36,237 nucleotides of DNA, from sequence record BK061475.1. The stretch is one strand, 5' to 3'. The notes below the pieces were generated by a model. The model did not search any database, was not told the DNA's origin, and saw only the letters and a program-made list of their open reading frames with translations. This document shows positions 26,270 through 35,098 of this stretch, in pieces. The stretch's first letter is position 1, and each line of letters begins with the position of its first letter. This DNA is from Pseudomonas phage vB_PaeM-D14A. Both the position numbers and the translations under genes were made by a program.

Positions 26270-26769
26270 TGGCCACCGCACTGGGGGAACACCAGAAGAT
26301 GAAACGCCCGCTCCTAGAAACGCGGCGCCAGGTGGTCAGCGCGATTATCGGCGCCTACCCCGGCGGTCGCGAATGCGCCGCCGCCCGCCTGGGCCTCGAC
26401 CTGAAGAAGTTCGACAACCACGCCTACGAGAACGCCGGCAGCAAGCCGCTCAGCGACGACCAGTTGCGCTTGCTCGAGCAGGAAACCGGCACCAGCCACT
26501 TCCCCGAGTACGTCGCCCACCTGTATGGCGGCATGTTCGTGCAGATGCCCGAGCCAACCCAACTCGACAACCTCGACCTGTACGCCAGGGGCGTCGACAC
26601 CGCCATCAAGCGCGGCGATGTCGACCGCATCATCGCCGAGGCGCTGCGCGATGGAGAAATCGACGAGGCCGAGCTCGCCGAAATCATCGTCGCCCACCGC
26701 CAACACCTGGCCGCACGACATGCTGAAGTCGGCGCAGTGATCACCCTGCACCGGAGGGTCAAGGCGTGA
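26269..26769 (+). CDS. CII-like early regulatory protein (hypothetical)
   Basis: About 166 aa, ATG overlapping the upstream stop (TAATG). Position and size resemble 186 CII. No motif certainty. Confidence 0.4.
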   Translation: MATALGEHQKMKRPLLETRRQVVSAIIGAYPGGRECAAARLGLDLKKFDNHAYENAGSKPLSDDQLRLLEQETGTSHFPEYVAHLYGGMFVQMPEPTQLDNLDLYARGVDTAIKRGDVDRIIAEALRDGEIDEAELAEIIVAHRQHLAARHAEVGAVITLHRRVKA

Positions 26770-27059
26770 GCGTCTACAAGCTCGTCTGCCCCTGCTGCCA
26801 CAGCCGGATGCGGATTCGCTCCTCCGAGGGCCAAACCCCGTGCTTCCGCTCGATGTACGCGCAATGCACAAACGCGCTCTGCGGCGCCACCTTCACCGGC
26901 TCCCTGAGCTGGGACTACCAGCTCAGCCCCTCGGGCCTCGAGCGGCCACTGCTGGTGCTCCCCATGGCGCCTTCGAAAACCCGTCAACTGGCACGCCGCG
27001 ACCTCGCGGCCGCAACCAACCAGTTGGACCTGCTGGACCACATGGAGTGCATGCAATGA
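26766..27059 (+). CDS. Ogr/Delta-family zinc-finger late transcription activator-like protein
   Basis: CPCCHS...CTNALC (C-x2-C...C-x4-C), the spacing typical of Ogr/Delta. 97 aa. Confidence 0.6.
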   Translation: MSVYKLVCPCCHSRMRIRSSEGQTPCFRSMYAQCTNALCGATFTGSLSWDYQLSPSGLERPLLVLPMAPSKTRQLARRDLAAATNQLDLLDHMECMQ

Positions 27060-27406
27060 ACGGCACCAACGACTACCGCAGCACCATGCAGCAAGCCGCC
27101 GCAGCGTACCTGCAGGCCAACGCCAACCAGTATCTGTCCTCCGGCTCCGACCGGTTGTTCGATGCCTGTGTCAAGCATCTGGCCAAAGGCCTCGAGGTTC
27201 CCCAATTCATGGCCGAGCAACTCGCCCAGCGCGCGTGGAGTGAAGTCTTCGCGGGGCCAGAGCCGATCTGGCTGGGTATCGACTGGGGCCAGGGAGACGA
27301 CGAGCTGGTTTACCTGATCGACACCCGCAATCACTGCCGCTTCCCGATCCCGGCCCGCTATTTGCCCGCGCACCTGCTCAAACAGCGCCCCCAGCACACC
27401 CAGTAA
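27056..27406 (+). CDS. hypothetical protein
   Basis: 116 aa. ATG at 27056 overlaps the upstream stop (ATGA). Confidence 0.5.
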   Translation: MNGTNDYRSTMQQAAAAYLQANANQYLSSGSDRLFDACVKHLAKGLEVPQFMAEQLAQRAWSEVFAGPEPIWLGIDWGQGDDELVYLIDTRNHCRFPIPARYLPAHLLKQRPQHTQ

Positions 27407-27423
27407 TCCCTGAAACACGCCCT

Positions 27424-27439
27424 ACCCACTGCCGTGGGT
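27424..27439 (+). terminator. hairpin ACCCAC-tgcc-GTGGGT followed by TTTGGGG (weak terminator/attenuator)
   Basis: Read in sequence after the 27406 stop. Confidence 0.3.
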
Positions 27440-27477
27440 TTGGGGAAGTTACGCCCAGAATTCGAGGTATCACCGCC

Positions 27478-27711
27478 ATGAGCGGCCACATTTCAATCAC
27501 CGTCGAAGTCGACCAGAACCAGGCTGAGAAGTACCTGCTCTGGCTGGTCAGCCAGTACGAAGCCGCCATGGCCGAGTGCTGGTACGACGATCGCTACCGC
27601 TATACGCCGCAGGGTCTACTCGGCAAGCGCATCCTCGAGGACCGCCCACACATTGCCGGCATCTGCCGGACCATCCGCGAACTGCGCAAGCAGATTCGGG
27701 GGCGCGCATGA
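27478..27711 (+). CDS. hypothetical protein
   Basis: 77 aa. Stop overlaps the primase start. Confidence 0.45.
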   Translation: MSGHISITVEVDQNQAEKYLLWLVSQYEAAMAECWYDDRYRYTPQGLLGKRILEDRPHIAGICRTIRELRKQIRGRA

Positions 27712-30428
27712 AGGAAATGGACTGCGAGCTCAAGGCCGACGTGCTGCGCCGCCTACAGGATCAGTACGGACTGACACCGATCAAGGGCACGAAATACATG
27801 CGCAAGGGCGAGTGCCCGACGTGCGGCAAAAAGGAGCTCTACACCCTGGTCGACAGCCCCTGGTTCATCCGCTGCGGGCGCGGCAAGTGCGGCGACACCT
27901 GGCACATCAAGGAAATCTACCCGGAGCTCTTCGACGACTGGAGCAAGCGAGCGCCGGCCACCGACAAGGACCCCGTCGCCTCGGCCCGGGCGTACCTGGC
28001 CCATGCCCGCGGCTTCGACCTGACGCTGATCGATGGCTGGTACAGCCAGGAAAACTACTGGGACCGCGACCTTGAGATCGGTAGCGCGACAGTACGCTTC
28101 CCGCTGAAGAAAGGCGGCTACTGGGAACGCCTGATCGATCGTCCGAGCCGCTTCGGCAAGAAGAAGGCGCGCTTCAAGCCGGGCGACAGCCCGCGCGGCG
28201 TCTGGTGGTGCCCACCCAGCGTCGACCTGCAGGAGGTGAAGGAGCTGTGGATCGTCGAAGGTATCTTCGACGCCATCGCGCTGCTGCACCACGGCATTGA
28301 CGCCGTGTCGGCCATGAGTTCCAACGCCTTCCCCGAGCAGTCTTTGCGCGAACTCGCGACAGCCCGTGGCGGCAAGCTGCCGAAACTGATTTGGGCGCTG
28401 GACAACGAACCCGGCGCCCACAGGTACACCCGGCGGTGGGTGACCGAGGCACGTGCCCTGGGCTACGTCTGCGAAGCGGCCCAACTACCGCAGCGCAACA
28501 ACCGCAAATTCGACTGGAACGACCTGCACCAGCGCTGGATGTTCATCGATGACGCAGCCGAGCGCGTCGCGCAGATCGAGAAAGACCTCAAGACCGCACG
28601 TCATGAGGGCGCGCTGCTGATCGCCGAGAGTGCCGCCGAGAAGGCCCTGCTGATGTACGACTGGGGCAAGCGCGGTGAATTCCACTTCCGCTTCGCCAAC
28701 CGCCTCTACTGGTTCAAGTTGGATATCGAGAAGTTCAACAAGGCCATGCAGAGCCTGGAGGACAGCGACAACCACGACGACCAATTGCTGAACCAGAAAC
28801 AGATGCGCGACAAGGCCCTGCAGCAAGCCGGCGGCGTCGTGGAAATCGCCAACTGCTTCCCCCAGGCCCTGTACTTCCAGCGCAACGAGGTCACAGACGA
28901 AAGCTGGTACTACTTCCGCATCGATCGCCCCGACGACGAGAGCGTGAAGAACACCTTCACCAGCGCCCAGGTCGCGGCGGCCAGCGAGTTCAAGAAGCGC
29001 CTGCTCGGCGTGGCGGCCGGGGCGATCTTCACCGGCAGCGGCGCGCAGCTCGACCAGATCATGAAGCTGCAACTCACCGGCCTGAAGACGGTGGCCACCA
29101 TCGATTACCTGGGCTACAGCCGGGAGCATGCCTGCTACGTTCTGGGCGACGTGGCGGTGCGCGGCGGCGTGATCGAGAAGGCCAACGCCGAAGACTTCTT
29201 CGAGTTCCAGAAGCTGCGCCTGAAGACCCTGCAGCGCTCGATCAAGCTGCAGATCGCCACCGACGCCAAGGACTACCGCCCCGAGTGGCTGGACTGGCTG
29301 TGGACCTGCTTCGGCGCCAAGGGCCTGGTGGCGCTGGCATTCTGGTTCGGCTCGCTGTTCGCGGAGCAGATCCGCGCCGAGTTCCAGTCCTTTCCGTTCC
29401 TCGAGGCCACCGGCGAGGCCGGTGCCGGCAAGTCCACGCTGATCACCTTCCTGTGGAAGCTGCTCGGCCGGGCGGACGAGGAAGGCCAGGACCCGTCGAA
29501 AATGACCAAGGCGGGCCTGCGCCGCTGGCTGACCCAGCTGTCGAACATGCCCATGGTCATGCTCGAGGCCGACCGCAGCGACAACAGCCGCGCCGGTGGC
29601 GCCGCCAAGTCCTTCGACTGGGACGAGTTCAAGCCGCTGTTCAACGGCCGCGCGTTGGGCGTGACCGGCCAGAAGACCGCCGGCAACGAGACCTACGAGC
29701 CACCCTTCCGCGGCACCCTGGTGATGAGCCAGAACGCCACGGTGCAGGCCTCCGAAGCGATCATGACCCGTATCGTGAAGCTGCACTTCATTCGCCCGGA
29801 AATCACCCGCGAGAGCCAGGCCGCGGCCGACAACCTCAACCACCTGGGCGTGCTCGAGGTCAGCCACTTCCTGCTAATGGCCATCCGTGCCGAGGCCCGT
29901 GTGCTGGAGTGCTTCCGCGAGCGGCTGAAGGTTCACAGCGCGACGCTGCGCGGTCTGAAGCAGATTCGTATCGAGCGGCTGATACTCAACCACGCGCAGA
30001 TGATGGCCCTGGTCGACGCGCTGCGCCTGGTGGTGCCGCTGTCCGAGCACCAGCTCGCCTGCGCTCAGCAGACCCTGATGACGATGGCCCTGGAGCGCCA
30101 GGACGCTGTCAACGCCGACGCGCCCGAGGTGGCCGAGTTCTGGGAGGTCTACGACTACCTCGAAAACCTCAGCGAAGAGCCGGTGCTCAACCACAGCAAG
30201 AACCCCGGAACCATCGCCATCAACCTTAATGAGTTCGTGAAGCTGGCCGCCGACCACCGCCAGAAGGTGGCCGACGCGGCAACCCTGCGCGACCTGCTGA
30301 AAGAGTCCCGCCGGCACAAATTCATCGAATACAAGGCCGTCGACAGCGCAGTGCGCGCGGCACATGCCCGCCAGAACCCTTTCACCAACCGACCCAGTAC
30401 CGTCAAGTGCTGGATTTTCCAAGCCTGA
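27708..30428 (+). CDS. replication primase-helicase (zinc ribbon + Toprim primase + Walker-A NTPase; P4-alpha-like)
   Basis: ATG at 27708 (MKEMDCELK...). CPTCGKK...CGRGKCGD zinc ribbon. Toprim-like ELWIVEGIFDAIAL...ALDNEPGAH. Walker A GEAGAGKST. 906 aa. Confidence 0.75.
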   Translation: MKEMDCELKADVLRRLQDQYGLTPIKGTKYMRKGECPTCGKKELYTLVDSPWFIRCGRGKCGDTWHIKEIYPELFDDWSKRAPATDKDPVASARAYLAHARGFDLTLIDGWYSQENYWDRDLEIGSATVRFPLKKGGYWERLIDRPSRFGKKKARFKPGDSPRGVWWCPPSVDLQEVKELWIVEGIFDAIALLHHGIDAVSAMSSNAFPEQSLRELATARGGKLPKLIWALDNEPGAHRYTRRWVTEARALGYVCEAAQLPQRNNRKFDWNDLHQRWMFIDDAAERVAQIEKDLKTARHEGALLIAESAAEKALLMYDWGKRGEFHFRFANRLYWFKLDIEKFNKAMQSLEDSDNHDDQLLNQKQMRDKALQQAGGVVEIANCFPQALYFQRNEVTDESWYYFRIDRPDDESVKNTFTSAQVAAASEFKKRLLGVAAGAIFTGSGAQLDQIMKLQLTGLKTVATIDYLGYSREHACYVLGDVAVRGGVIEKANAEDFFEFQKLRLKTLQRSIKLQIATDAKDYRPEWLDWLWTCFGAKGLVALAFWFGSLFAEQIRAEFQSFPFLEATGEAGAGKSTLITFLWKLLGRADEEGQDPSKMTKAGLRRWLTQLSNMPMVMLEADRSDNSRAGGAAKSFDWDEFKPLFNGRALGVTGQKTAGNETYEPPFRGTLVMSQNATVQASEAIMTRIVKLHFIRPEITRESQAAADNLNHLGVLEVSHFLLMAIRAEARVLECFRERLKVHSATLRGLKQIRIERLILNHAQMMALVDALRLVVPLSEHQLACAQQTLMTMALERQDAVNADAPEVAEFWEVYDYLENLSEEPVLNHSKNPGTIAINLNEFVKLAADHRQKVADAATLRDLLKESRRHKFIEYKAVDSAVRAAHARQNPFTNRPSTVKCWIFQA

Positions 30429-30446
30429 CCGGCGCGGCAACGCCGG
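30429..30446 (+). repeat. hairpin CCGGCG-CGGCAA-CGCCGG (copy 1 of CGGCAA-loop element)
   Basis: Perfect inverted repeat read in sequence, followed by CCCCAAAGGAGAGACACCATGCAA. Confidence 0.6.
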
Positions 30447-30472
30447 AACTGCAACCCCAAAGGAGAGACACC

Positions 30473-30745
30473 ATGCAACTGAACGTAGAACGCGGCGCAC
30501 GGATGACCGGCAAGACCATTCGCCTGCGCCAGGCCGCACGTAAGGCCGGTCAGGAAGAGCACCAGATCATCAGCGGCAGTCTCTACACACCGTTCGACCT
30601 AGAGCTGTTGGTGCGCCACCGCATCAGCCACGGCGCCAAGGTGATCTGCATCGACGAATGCAGTGAGCAACAGATCAAGCACCTGCGGCACCTCAAAGGC
30701 GATATCCCCAGCGACCTCACCATCCACGCCGTTGTAGCGAACTGA
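30473..30745 (+). CDS. hypothetical protein
   Basis: 90 aa. Strong RBS AAGGAGAG. Confidence 0.5.
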   Translation: MQLNVERGARMTGKTIRLRQAARKAGQEEHQIISGSLYTPFDLELLVRHRISHGAKVICIDECSEQQIKHLRHLKGDIPSDLTIHAVVAN

Positions 30746-30759
30746 CCGACGACCCTCGA

Positions 30760-30779
30760 CCCGGCGCGGCAACGCCGGG
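30760..30779 (+). repeat. hairpin CCCGGCG-CGGCAA-CGCCGGG (copy 2)
   Basis: Same loop and downstream RBS/start cassette. Confidence 0.6.
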
Positions 30780-30804
30780 ACCACAAACCGATAGGAGAGA
30801 CACC

Positions 30805-31158
30805 ATGCAACCCCTCCCCCACGACTATCTGCAGTTGATCCACGACTTCCAGGCCAGGCAGCAGGAGAACGAGGTAGCCGGCATCACAGCGTTGAAACGC
30901 CTGCTCCCGATCGCACAGCGCGACAGCGGCCAGAGCGGCGTGATCGGTCGGTTCCTGCTCGGCCTGTACAACGGCCAGGCTCACCGCTTCGACCTCACCG
31001 AGCTGCGCGGCCTCGACCCAGCGCTGTTCGATGCCTGCCTGTCCGTGCTGCGCATGGACTACGCCCCGAAACAGGAAGTGCATGAGTACTTCGAGGACGG
31101 TGACGCGATCTGGCAGGACCTGCGCAAACGCTGGGCTGCAGCATCGCTGCCGGCATAG
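30805..31158 (+). CDS. hypothetical protein
   Basis: 117 aa. RBS AGGAGAG. Confidence 0.5.
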   Translation: MQPLPHDYLQLIHDFQARQQENEVAGITALKRLLPIAQRDSGQSGVIGRFLLGLYNGQAHRFDLTELRGLDPALFDACLSVLRMDYAPKQEVHEYFEDGDAIWQDLRKRWAAASLPA

Positions 31159-31169
31159 GGAGACTGACT

Positions 31170-31376
31170 GTGGATGTGATCGACCAGGCCAACGAACGGG
31201 CCGAGAACATGATCCAGGCCGCCCTGGCCCAGCGGACGAACACTCGCCCGGCGCCCAGCGCCCTCTGGTGCGAGGACTGCGGCGAGCAAATACCCGAGGC
31301 TCGCCGCCAGGCCGCCCCAGGCTGCAAGTGCTGCATCAGCTGTCAGGAACTGCGCGAACACCCCGCGCGGCGCTGA
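31170..31376 (+). CDS. TraR/DksA-family C4 zinc-finger protein
   Basis: CEDCGEQIP...CKCCISC, paired CxxC. GTG start with GGGAGA RBS. 68 aa. Confidence 0.65.
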   Translation: MDVIDQANERAENMIQAALAQRTNTRPAPSALWCEDCGEQIPEARRQAAPGCKCCISCQELREHPARR

Positions 31377-31382
31377 AGAAGA

Positions 31383-31412
31383 GGCGCCAGGGAGCGGCAA
31401 CTCCCTGGCGCC
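31383..31412 (+). repeat. hairpin GGCGCCAGGGAG-CGGCAA-CTCCCTGGCGCC (copy 3)
   Basis: 12-bp perfect stem with the same hexaloop, followed by CCCAAAGGAGAGACACCATGCAA. Confidence 0.6.
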
Positions 31413-31435
31413 GACCACCCCAAAGGAGAGACACC

Positions 31436-31687
31436 ATGCAAGCGAATCAACCCCAAGGCGGCGACGCCAAGGCTAGCACAGCCACGTCAGCCACCCGCAC
31501 TCGTCCAGCGATGGCCAGCAAGCGGCTGGCCCTTCCGAGCACCTGCGACATCTGCGGCAACGCGCGTTCCACCGGCAAACACCAGCGCTGCAGCCGGATT
31601 CGCCAACAGGCCAAGGCGGTCGAGTGGGCCAGCTACATGGCCAACCTGGCGGCCAAGAAAGCGCAGGGAGGGCGTCGGCATGCTTAA
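31436..31687 (+). CDS. hypothetical small protein
   Basis: 83 aa. RBS AAGGAGAG. CDICGN...HQRC. Confidence 0.45.
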   Translation: MQANQPQGGDAKASTATSATRTRPAMASKRLALPSTCDICGNARSTGKHQRCSRIRQQAKAVEWASYMANLAAKKAQGGRRHA

Positions 31688-33458
31688 GCGTACCCTCTAC
31701 CACTTCCACTTCTGCTGCGGCCTCGGCGGCGGCGCCGCAGGCTTCAACCGGGCGCGTCCGCGGGTCGGCAACGTCGAGGCCGAATGGGTCTGCCTCGGCG
31801 GGATCGACGTGGACCCAGCCGGCCTGCGCGACTTCGAGCGACTGGCTGGTGTCCCGGGCACCCTGCTGGACCTCTTCACCCGCGACCAGTACGTGCGGTT
31901 CCACGGCAAGGAGCCGCCGGCGGGCTGGCGGGAGGCAACCCCGGAGAACATCCGCCGCGCCGCGGGCGGGCGCCGACCGGACGCCGTGTTCATTAGCTCG
32001 CCCTGCAAGGGTGCCAGCGGCCTGCTGTCGGAGAAGATGAGCCTGACCCCGAAGTACCAGGCGCTGAACGAGTTGACGCTGCGCTGCATCTGGCTGATGG
32101 GCGAGGCATGGGCCGATGACCCGGTGCCGCTTATCGTCTTCGAGAACGTCCCGCGCCTGGCGAGCCGCGGCCGGCACCTGCTTGACCAGATCAACAGCCT
32201 ACTCGGCGGCTTCGGCTACGCCGTGGCGGAAACCACTCACGACTGCGGCGAGCTGGGCGGTCTGGCCCAGTCGCGCAAGCGCTTCCTGCTGGTCGCGCGG
32301 CACGTCGAGAAAGTGCCGCCCTTCCTGTACGAGCCGGAGAAGAAGTCGCTCCGCGCCGTCGGCGACATCCTCGGCCGCATGCCGCTTCCCGGCGACATCG
32401 AGGCCGCCGGCCCAATGCACCGCGTACCGTCCCTGCAGTGGAAGACCTGGGTGCGCCTCGCCCTGGTGCGCGCCGGCAGCGACTGGCGCAGCCTGAATGA
32501 CCTGGCCGTCGAGGACGGCTACCTGCGCGATCTGATCATCGTGCCGGAGTACCACCGGGGCGTCCTGGGCGTGAATCACTGGGGCGATTCGTGTGGCGTT
32601 GTCGCCGGCGCGAGCCGCCCGATGAACGGGCGGTTCTCAGTCGCGGATCCTCGCGCGCCGGCAAACGCCCTGCAGTACCAGCAGTACGGCGTGCGCCGCT
32701 GGACTGACGCCTCAGGCGCCATCATCGGCGTCAAGTCGCCCGGCCAGGGCACGTACTCCGTCGCCGATCCCCGCGGCCAGAGCTTCGGCAAGTACCCCGT
32801 CACCGACTGGGACGGCCCGTCCGGCACCGTGATCGCGGCCAGTACTACCGGCCAGGGTGCATTTGCTGTCGCGGACCCGCGCCACCGTGGCCCTGCCAAA
32901 CACTCTAACGAGTTCCGCATCGTGCCTTGGGACCGCCACGCACAAGCGGTCACCAGTGCCCATGGCACAGGCCAGTGCGTCGAAGACCCGCGCGTGCTCA
33001 GCCGAACGAAGGGAGACCCGTATCTCACTGGCGGCCACTACGGCGTAGTTGGGTTCGACCAATCCGCCGGCGCGGTGTCGGCCAGTGCGCGGCACGACAA
33101 CGGTCGATGGAGCGTGGCCGATCCGCGCATGCCGGCCGCGAATGACCGTCTGACCTGCATCATCCGCAGCCTGGACGGCACCTGGCACAGGCCCTTCACC
33201 ACCCTGGAGTTGGCCGCGCTGCAGAGCCTGGTGGACCCGGAGGAACAGTTGACCCTCGACGGCCTGAGCGACAGCGACTGGCGCGAGCGCATCGGCAACG
33301 CCGTACCGCCGGCCGCGGCCGAGGCCATCGCCGGCGTAATGGGTACCACCCTGCTGCTGGCCGAAGCCGGCGAAACCTTCATGCTCAGCAATACGCCGAT
33401 CTGGGTGCGCCCGGTTGCGGTGGCGCTGAGCGTCGCGCAACAGGAGGTGCAGCAATGA
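31680..33458 (+). CDS. DNA (cytosine-5)-methyltransferase with a repeat-containing variable (target-recognition) region
   Basis: Motif I FCCGLGGG, motif IV SSPCKGASG, motif VI FENVPRL, motif VIII QSRKRFLLVA, motif X IGNAVPPAAA. Five SVADPR-type repeat modules lie between motifs VIII and X. Confidence 0.8.
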   Translation: MLKRTLYHFHFCCGLGGGAAGFNRARPRVGNVEAEWVCLGGIDVDPAGLRDFERLAGVPGTLLDLFTRDQYVRFHGKEPPAGWREATPENIRRAAGGRRPDAVFISSPCKGASGLLSEKMSLTPKYQALNELTLRCIWLMGEAWADDPVPLIVFENVPRLASRGRHLLDQINSLLGGFGYAVAETTHDCGELGGLAQSRKRFLLVARHVEKVPPFLYEPEKKSLRAVGDILGRMPLPGDIEAAGPMHRVPSLQWKTWVRLALVRAGSDWRSLNDLAVEDGYLRDLIIVPEYHRGVLGVNHWGDSCGVVAGASRPMNGRFSVADPRAPANALQYQQYGVRRWTDASGAIIGVKSPGQGTYSVADPRGQSFGKYPVTDWDGPSGTVIAASTTGQGAFAVADPRHRGPAKHSNEFRIVPWDRHAQAVTSAHGTGQCVEDPRVLSRTKGDPYLTGGHYGVVGFDQSAGAVSASARHDNGRWSVADPRMPAANDRLTCIIRSLDGTWHRPFTTLELAALQSLVDPEEQLTLDGLSDSDWRERIGNAVPPAAAEAIAGVMGTTLLLAEAGETFMLSNTPIWVRPVAVALSVAQQEVQQ

Positions 33459-34687
33459 AAGCCCTTTCCCCACGCCAGAGTGACATCTTCGCCGCCGGCG
33501 CCCAGCGCCTGCAGATGACCGAGAGCATCGAACTGACCATTCAGAGCATGCAGGCCTACGGCGCCGACCATGAGCACTGGGCGGTGGCCTGGTCAGGCGG
33601 CAAGGACAGCACCACCACGCTAACGCTGCTGATTTGGCTGATCGACACCGGACGAATCAAAGCGCCGAAGACGCTGACCGTGTTCTACGCGGACACCCGG
33701 CAGGAGCTGCCGCCGCTGGCCATCGCGGCGCACCAGATCATGGACGAATTGCGGGACCGCGGCATCCGCGTCGAGGTGGTATGCGCACCGCTCGACAAGC
33801 GCTTCATGGTCTACATCCTGGGCCGCGGCGTGCCCCCGCCGAACAACAACACCCTGCGCTGGTGCACCCGCCAGATCAAGATCGACCCGATGCAGGCCGC
33901 CCTCGAGCAGCGCCTGGCCGCGCTCGACGGCAACGTGCTGATGATCACCGGCGTGCGCCAGGGCGAGAGCGCCATCCGTGACAAGCGGATCGAGATGTCC
34001 TGCGGCAAGGACAGCGCCGAGTGCGGCCAGGGCTGGTATCAGAAGATCCTCCCCGAGGCAAAAGGCCTGAAGGGCCGGCTCGCCACCCTCGCCCCACTCC
34101 TGCACTGGCGCGTCTGCCACGTCTGGGAGTGGCTGAAGCACTGGGCTCCACTCGCTGAGTTCGGCGACTGGTCCACCGCGATGATCGCCGACGCCTACGG
34201 CGGCGACGAGGCCGAGGAGATCAACGCTCGAACCGGTTGCACCGGCTGTCCGCTGGCCAGCGAGGAGAAGGCGCTCGAAACCGTGCTGGCCATGCCGCAC
34301 TGGGCATACCTGACGCCGCTGCGCGGCCTGAAAGAGCTATGGCGGGAGCTTCGCGAGCCCCAGCACCGCCTGCGCAAGGCCGGCATCGAGCGGCTGAAGG
34401 ACGGCAGCATCGCCGCGAACCCCCAGCGTATGGGCCCGATCCTGCTGGAGTCCCGCTTGATGGGACTGGAGCGCATCCTGGACATCCAGGCCGAGTGCAA
34501 CGCCGCAGCCGACCGCCTCGGCCGCCCTCGCATCGACCTGATCAACGCCGAGGAAGAAGCCCGCATCCGCGAACTGATCGCCGCCGGCACCTGGCCGGAT
34601 GGCTGGGACGGCGACGAACCAATCGCCACCATCCCTCTCGACAAAATTTTCGCCGACGGCGCGGTGCAGCCGCTGCTGTTCTGCTGA
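33455..34687 (+). CDS. PP-loop ATP-pyrophosphatase, PAPS-reductase/DndC-like
   Basis: WAVAWSGGKDSTTTL (SGGxDS). Cys-rich C-terminal half (CGKDSAECGQG, CTGCP). ATG overlaps the methyltransferase stop (ATGA). Confidence 0.7.
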   Translation: MKALSPRQSDIFAAGAQRLQMTESIELTIQSMQAYGADHEHWAVAWSGGKDSTTTLTLLIWLIDTGRIKAPKTLTVFYADTRQELPPLAIAAHQIMDELRDRGIRVEVVCAPLDKRFMVYILGRGVPPPNNNTLRWCTRQIKIDPMQAALEQRLAALDGNVLMITGVRQGESAIRDKRIEMSCGKDSAECGQGWYQKILPEAKGLKGRLATLAPLLHWRVCHVWEWLKHWAPLAEFGDWSTAMIADAYGGDEAEEINARTGCTGCPLASEEKALETVLAMPHWAYLTPLRGLKELWRELREPQHRLRKAGIERLKDGSIAANPQRMGPILLESRLMGLERILDIQAECNAAADRLGRPRIDLINAEEEARIRELIAAGTWPDGWDGDEPIATIPLDKIFADGAVQPLLFC

Positions 34688-34697
34688 GGACTGCACC

Positions 34698-34886
34698 ATG
34701 CACGACTTACTCAAGATGCTGGACAACCCGCGCAGCTTGCTGAACTTCTCGCTGGCAGTTCTGGTTGTCCTGGCGGCGTTCTTCATGTTGAAGAGCGGCG
34801 CGCAAGCTGATTCGAGGCCCATCATCGATGCCCAGAAAACAGGGGCCATCATTCTAGTCAGTCCCGAGGGAGACAGGGCGGTATGA
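34698..34886 (+). CDS. small membrane protein
   Basis: 62 aa. Single TM (FSLAVLVVLAAFFML). Confidence 0.35.
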   Translation: MHDLLKMLDNPRSLLNFSLAVLVVLAAFFMLKSGAQADSRPIIDAQKTGAIILVSPEGDRAV

Positions 34887-35098
34887 TCAAGCAGCCCCCG
34901 GGCACAATCCTGACCTTCGAGGATCTGCAGCAGCTAACCGGTTACACCAAGCGCTCTGGTGTAGAGCGGGCACTGCGTAAACAGGGAATCCGTTGGTTCT
35001 GGGGCCGTCACGGCCCTTGGACCACTGTAGAGCTGATTAACCAGGCCGGCGGGCTGCGGCCGGCGACTCAGGAGCAGTACGGCGTCGAGATTCTATGA
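34883..35098 (+). CDS. DUF4224-like small protein (excisionase-like) preceding the integrase
   Basis: LTFEDLQQLTGYTKRSGVERALRKQGIRWF matches the typical pattern of integrase-adjacent DUF4224 proteins. Confidence 0.55.
   Translation: MIKQPPGTILTFEDLQQLTGYTKRSGVERALRKQGIRWFWGRHGPWTTVELINQAGGLRPATQEQYGVEIL

Noticed and set aside
28485-29867. 460-aa ORF on the minus strand
   Set aside because: Antisense within the primase-helicase gene. Composition-driven.
30429-31412. Considered whether the three repeated hairpins form a CRISPR-like array
   Set aside because: Spacing is about 330 and 620 bp, the stems differ, and each sits in a gene-start context. This is not a repeat-spacer array.
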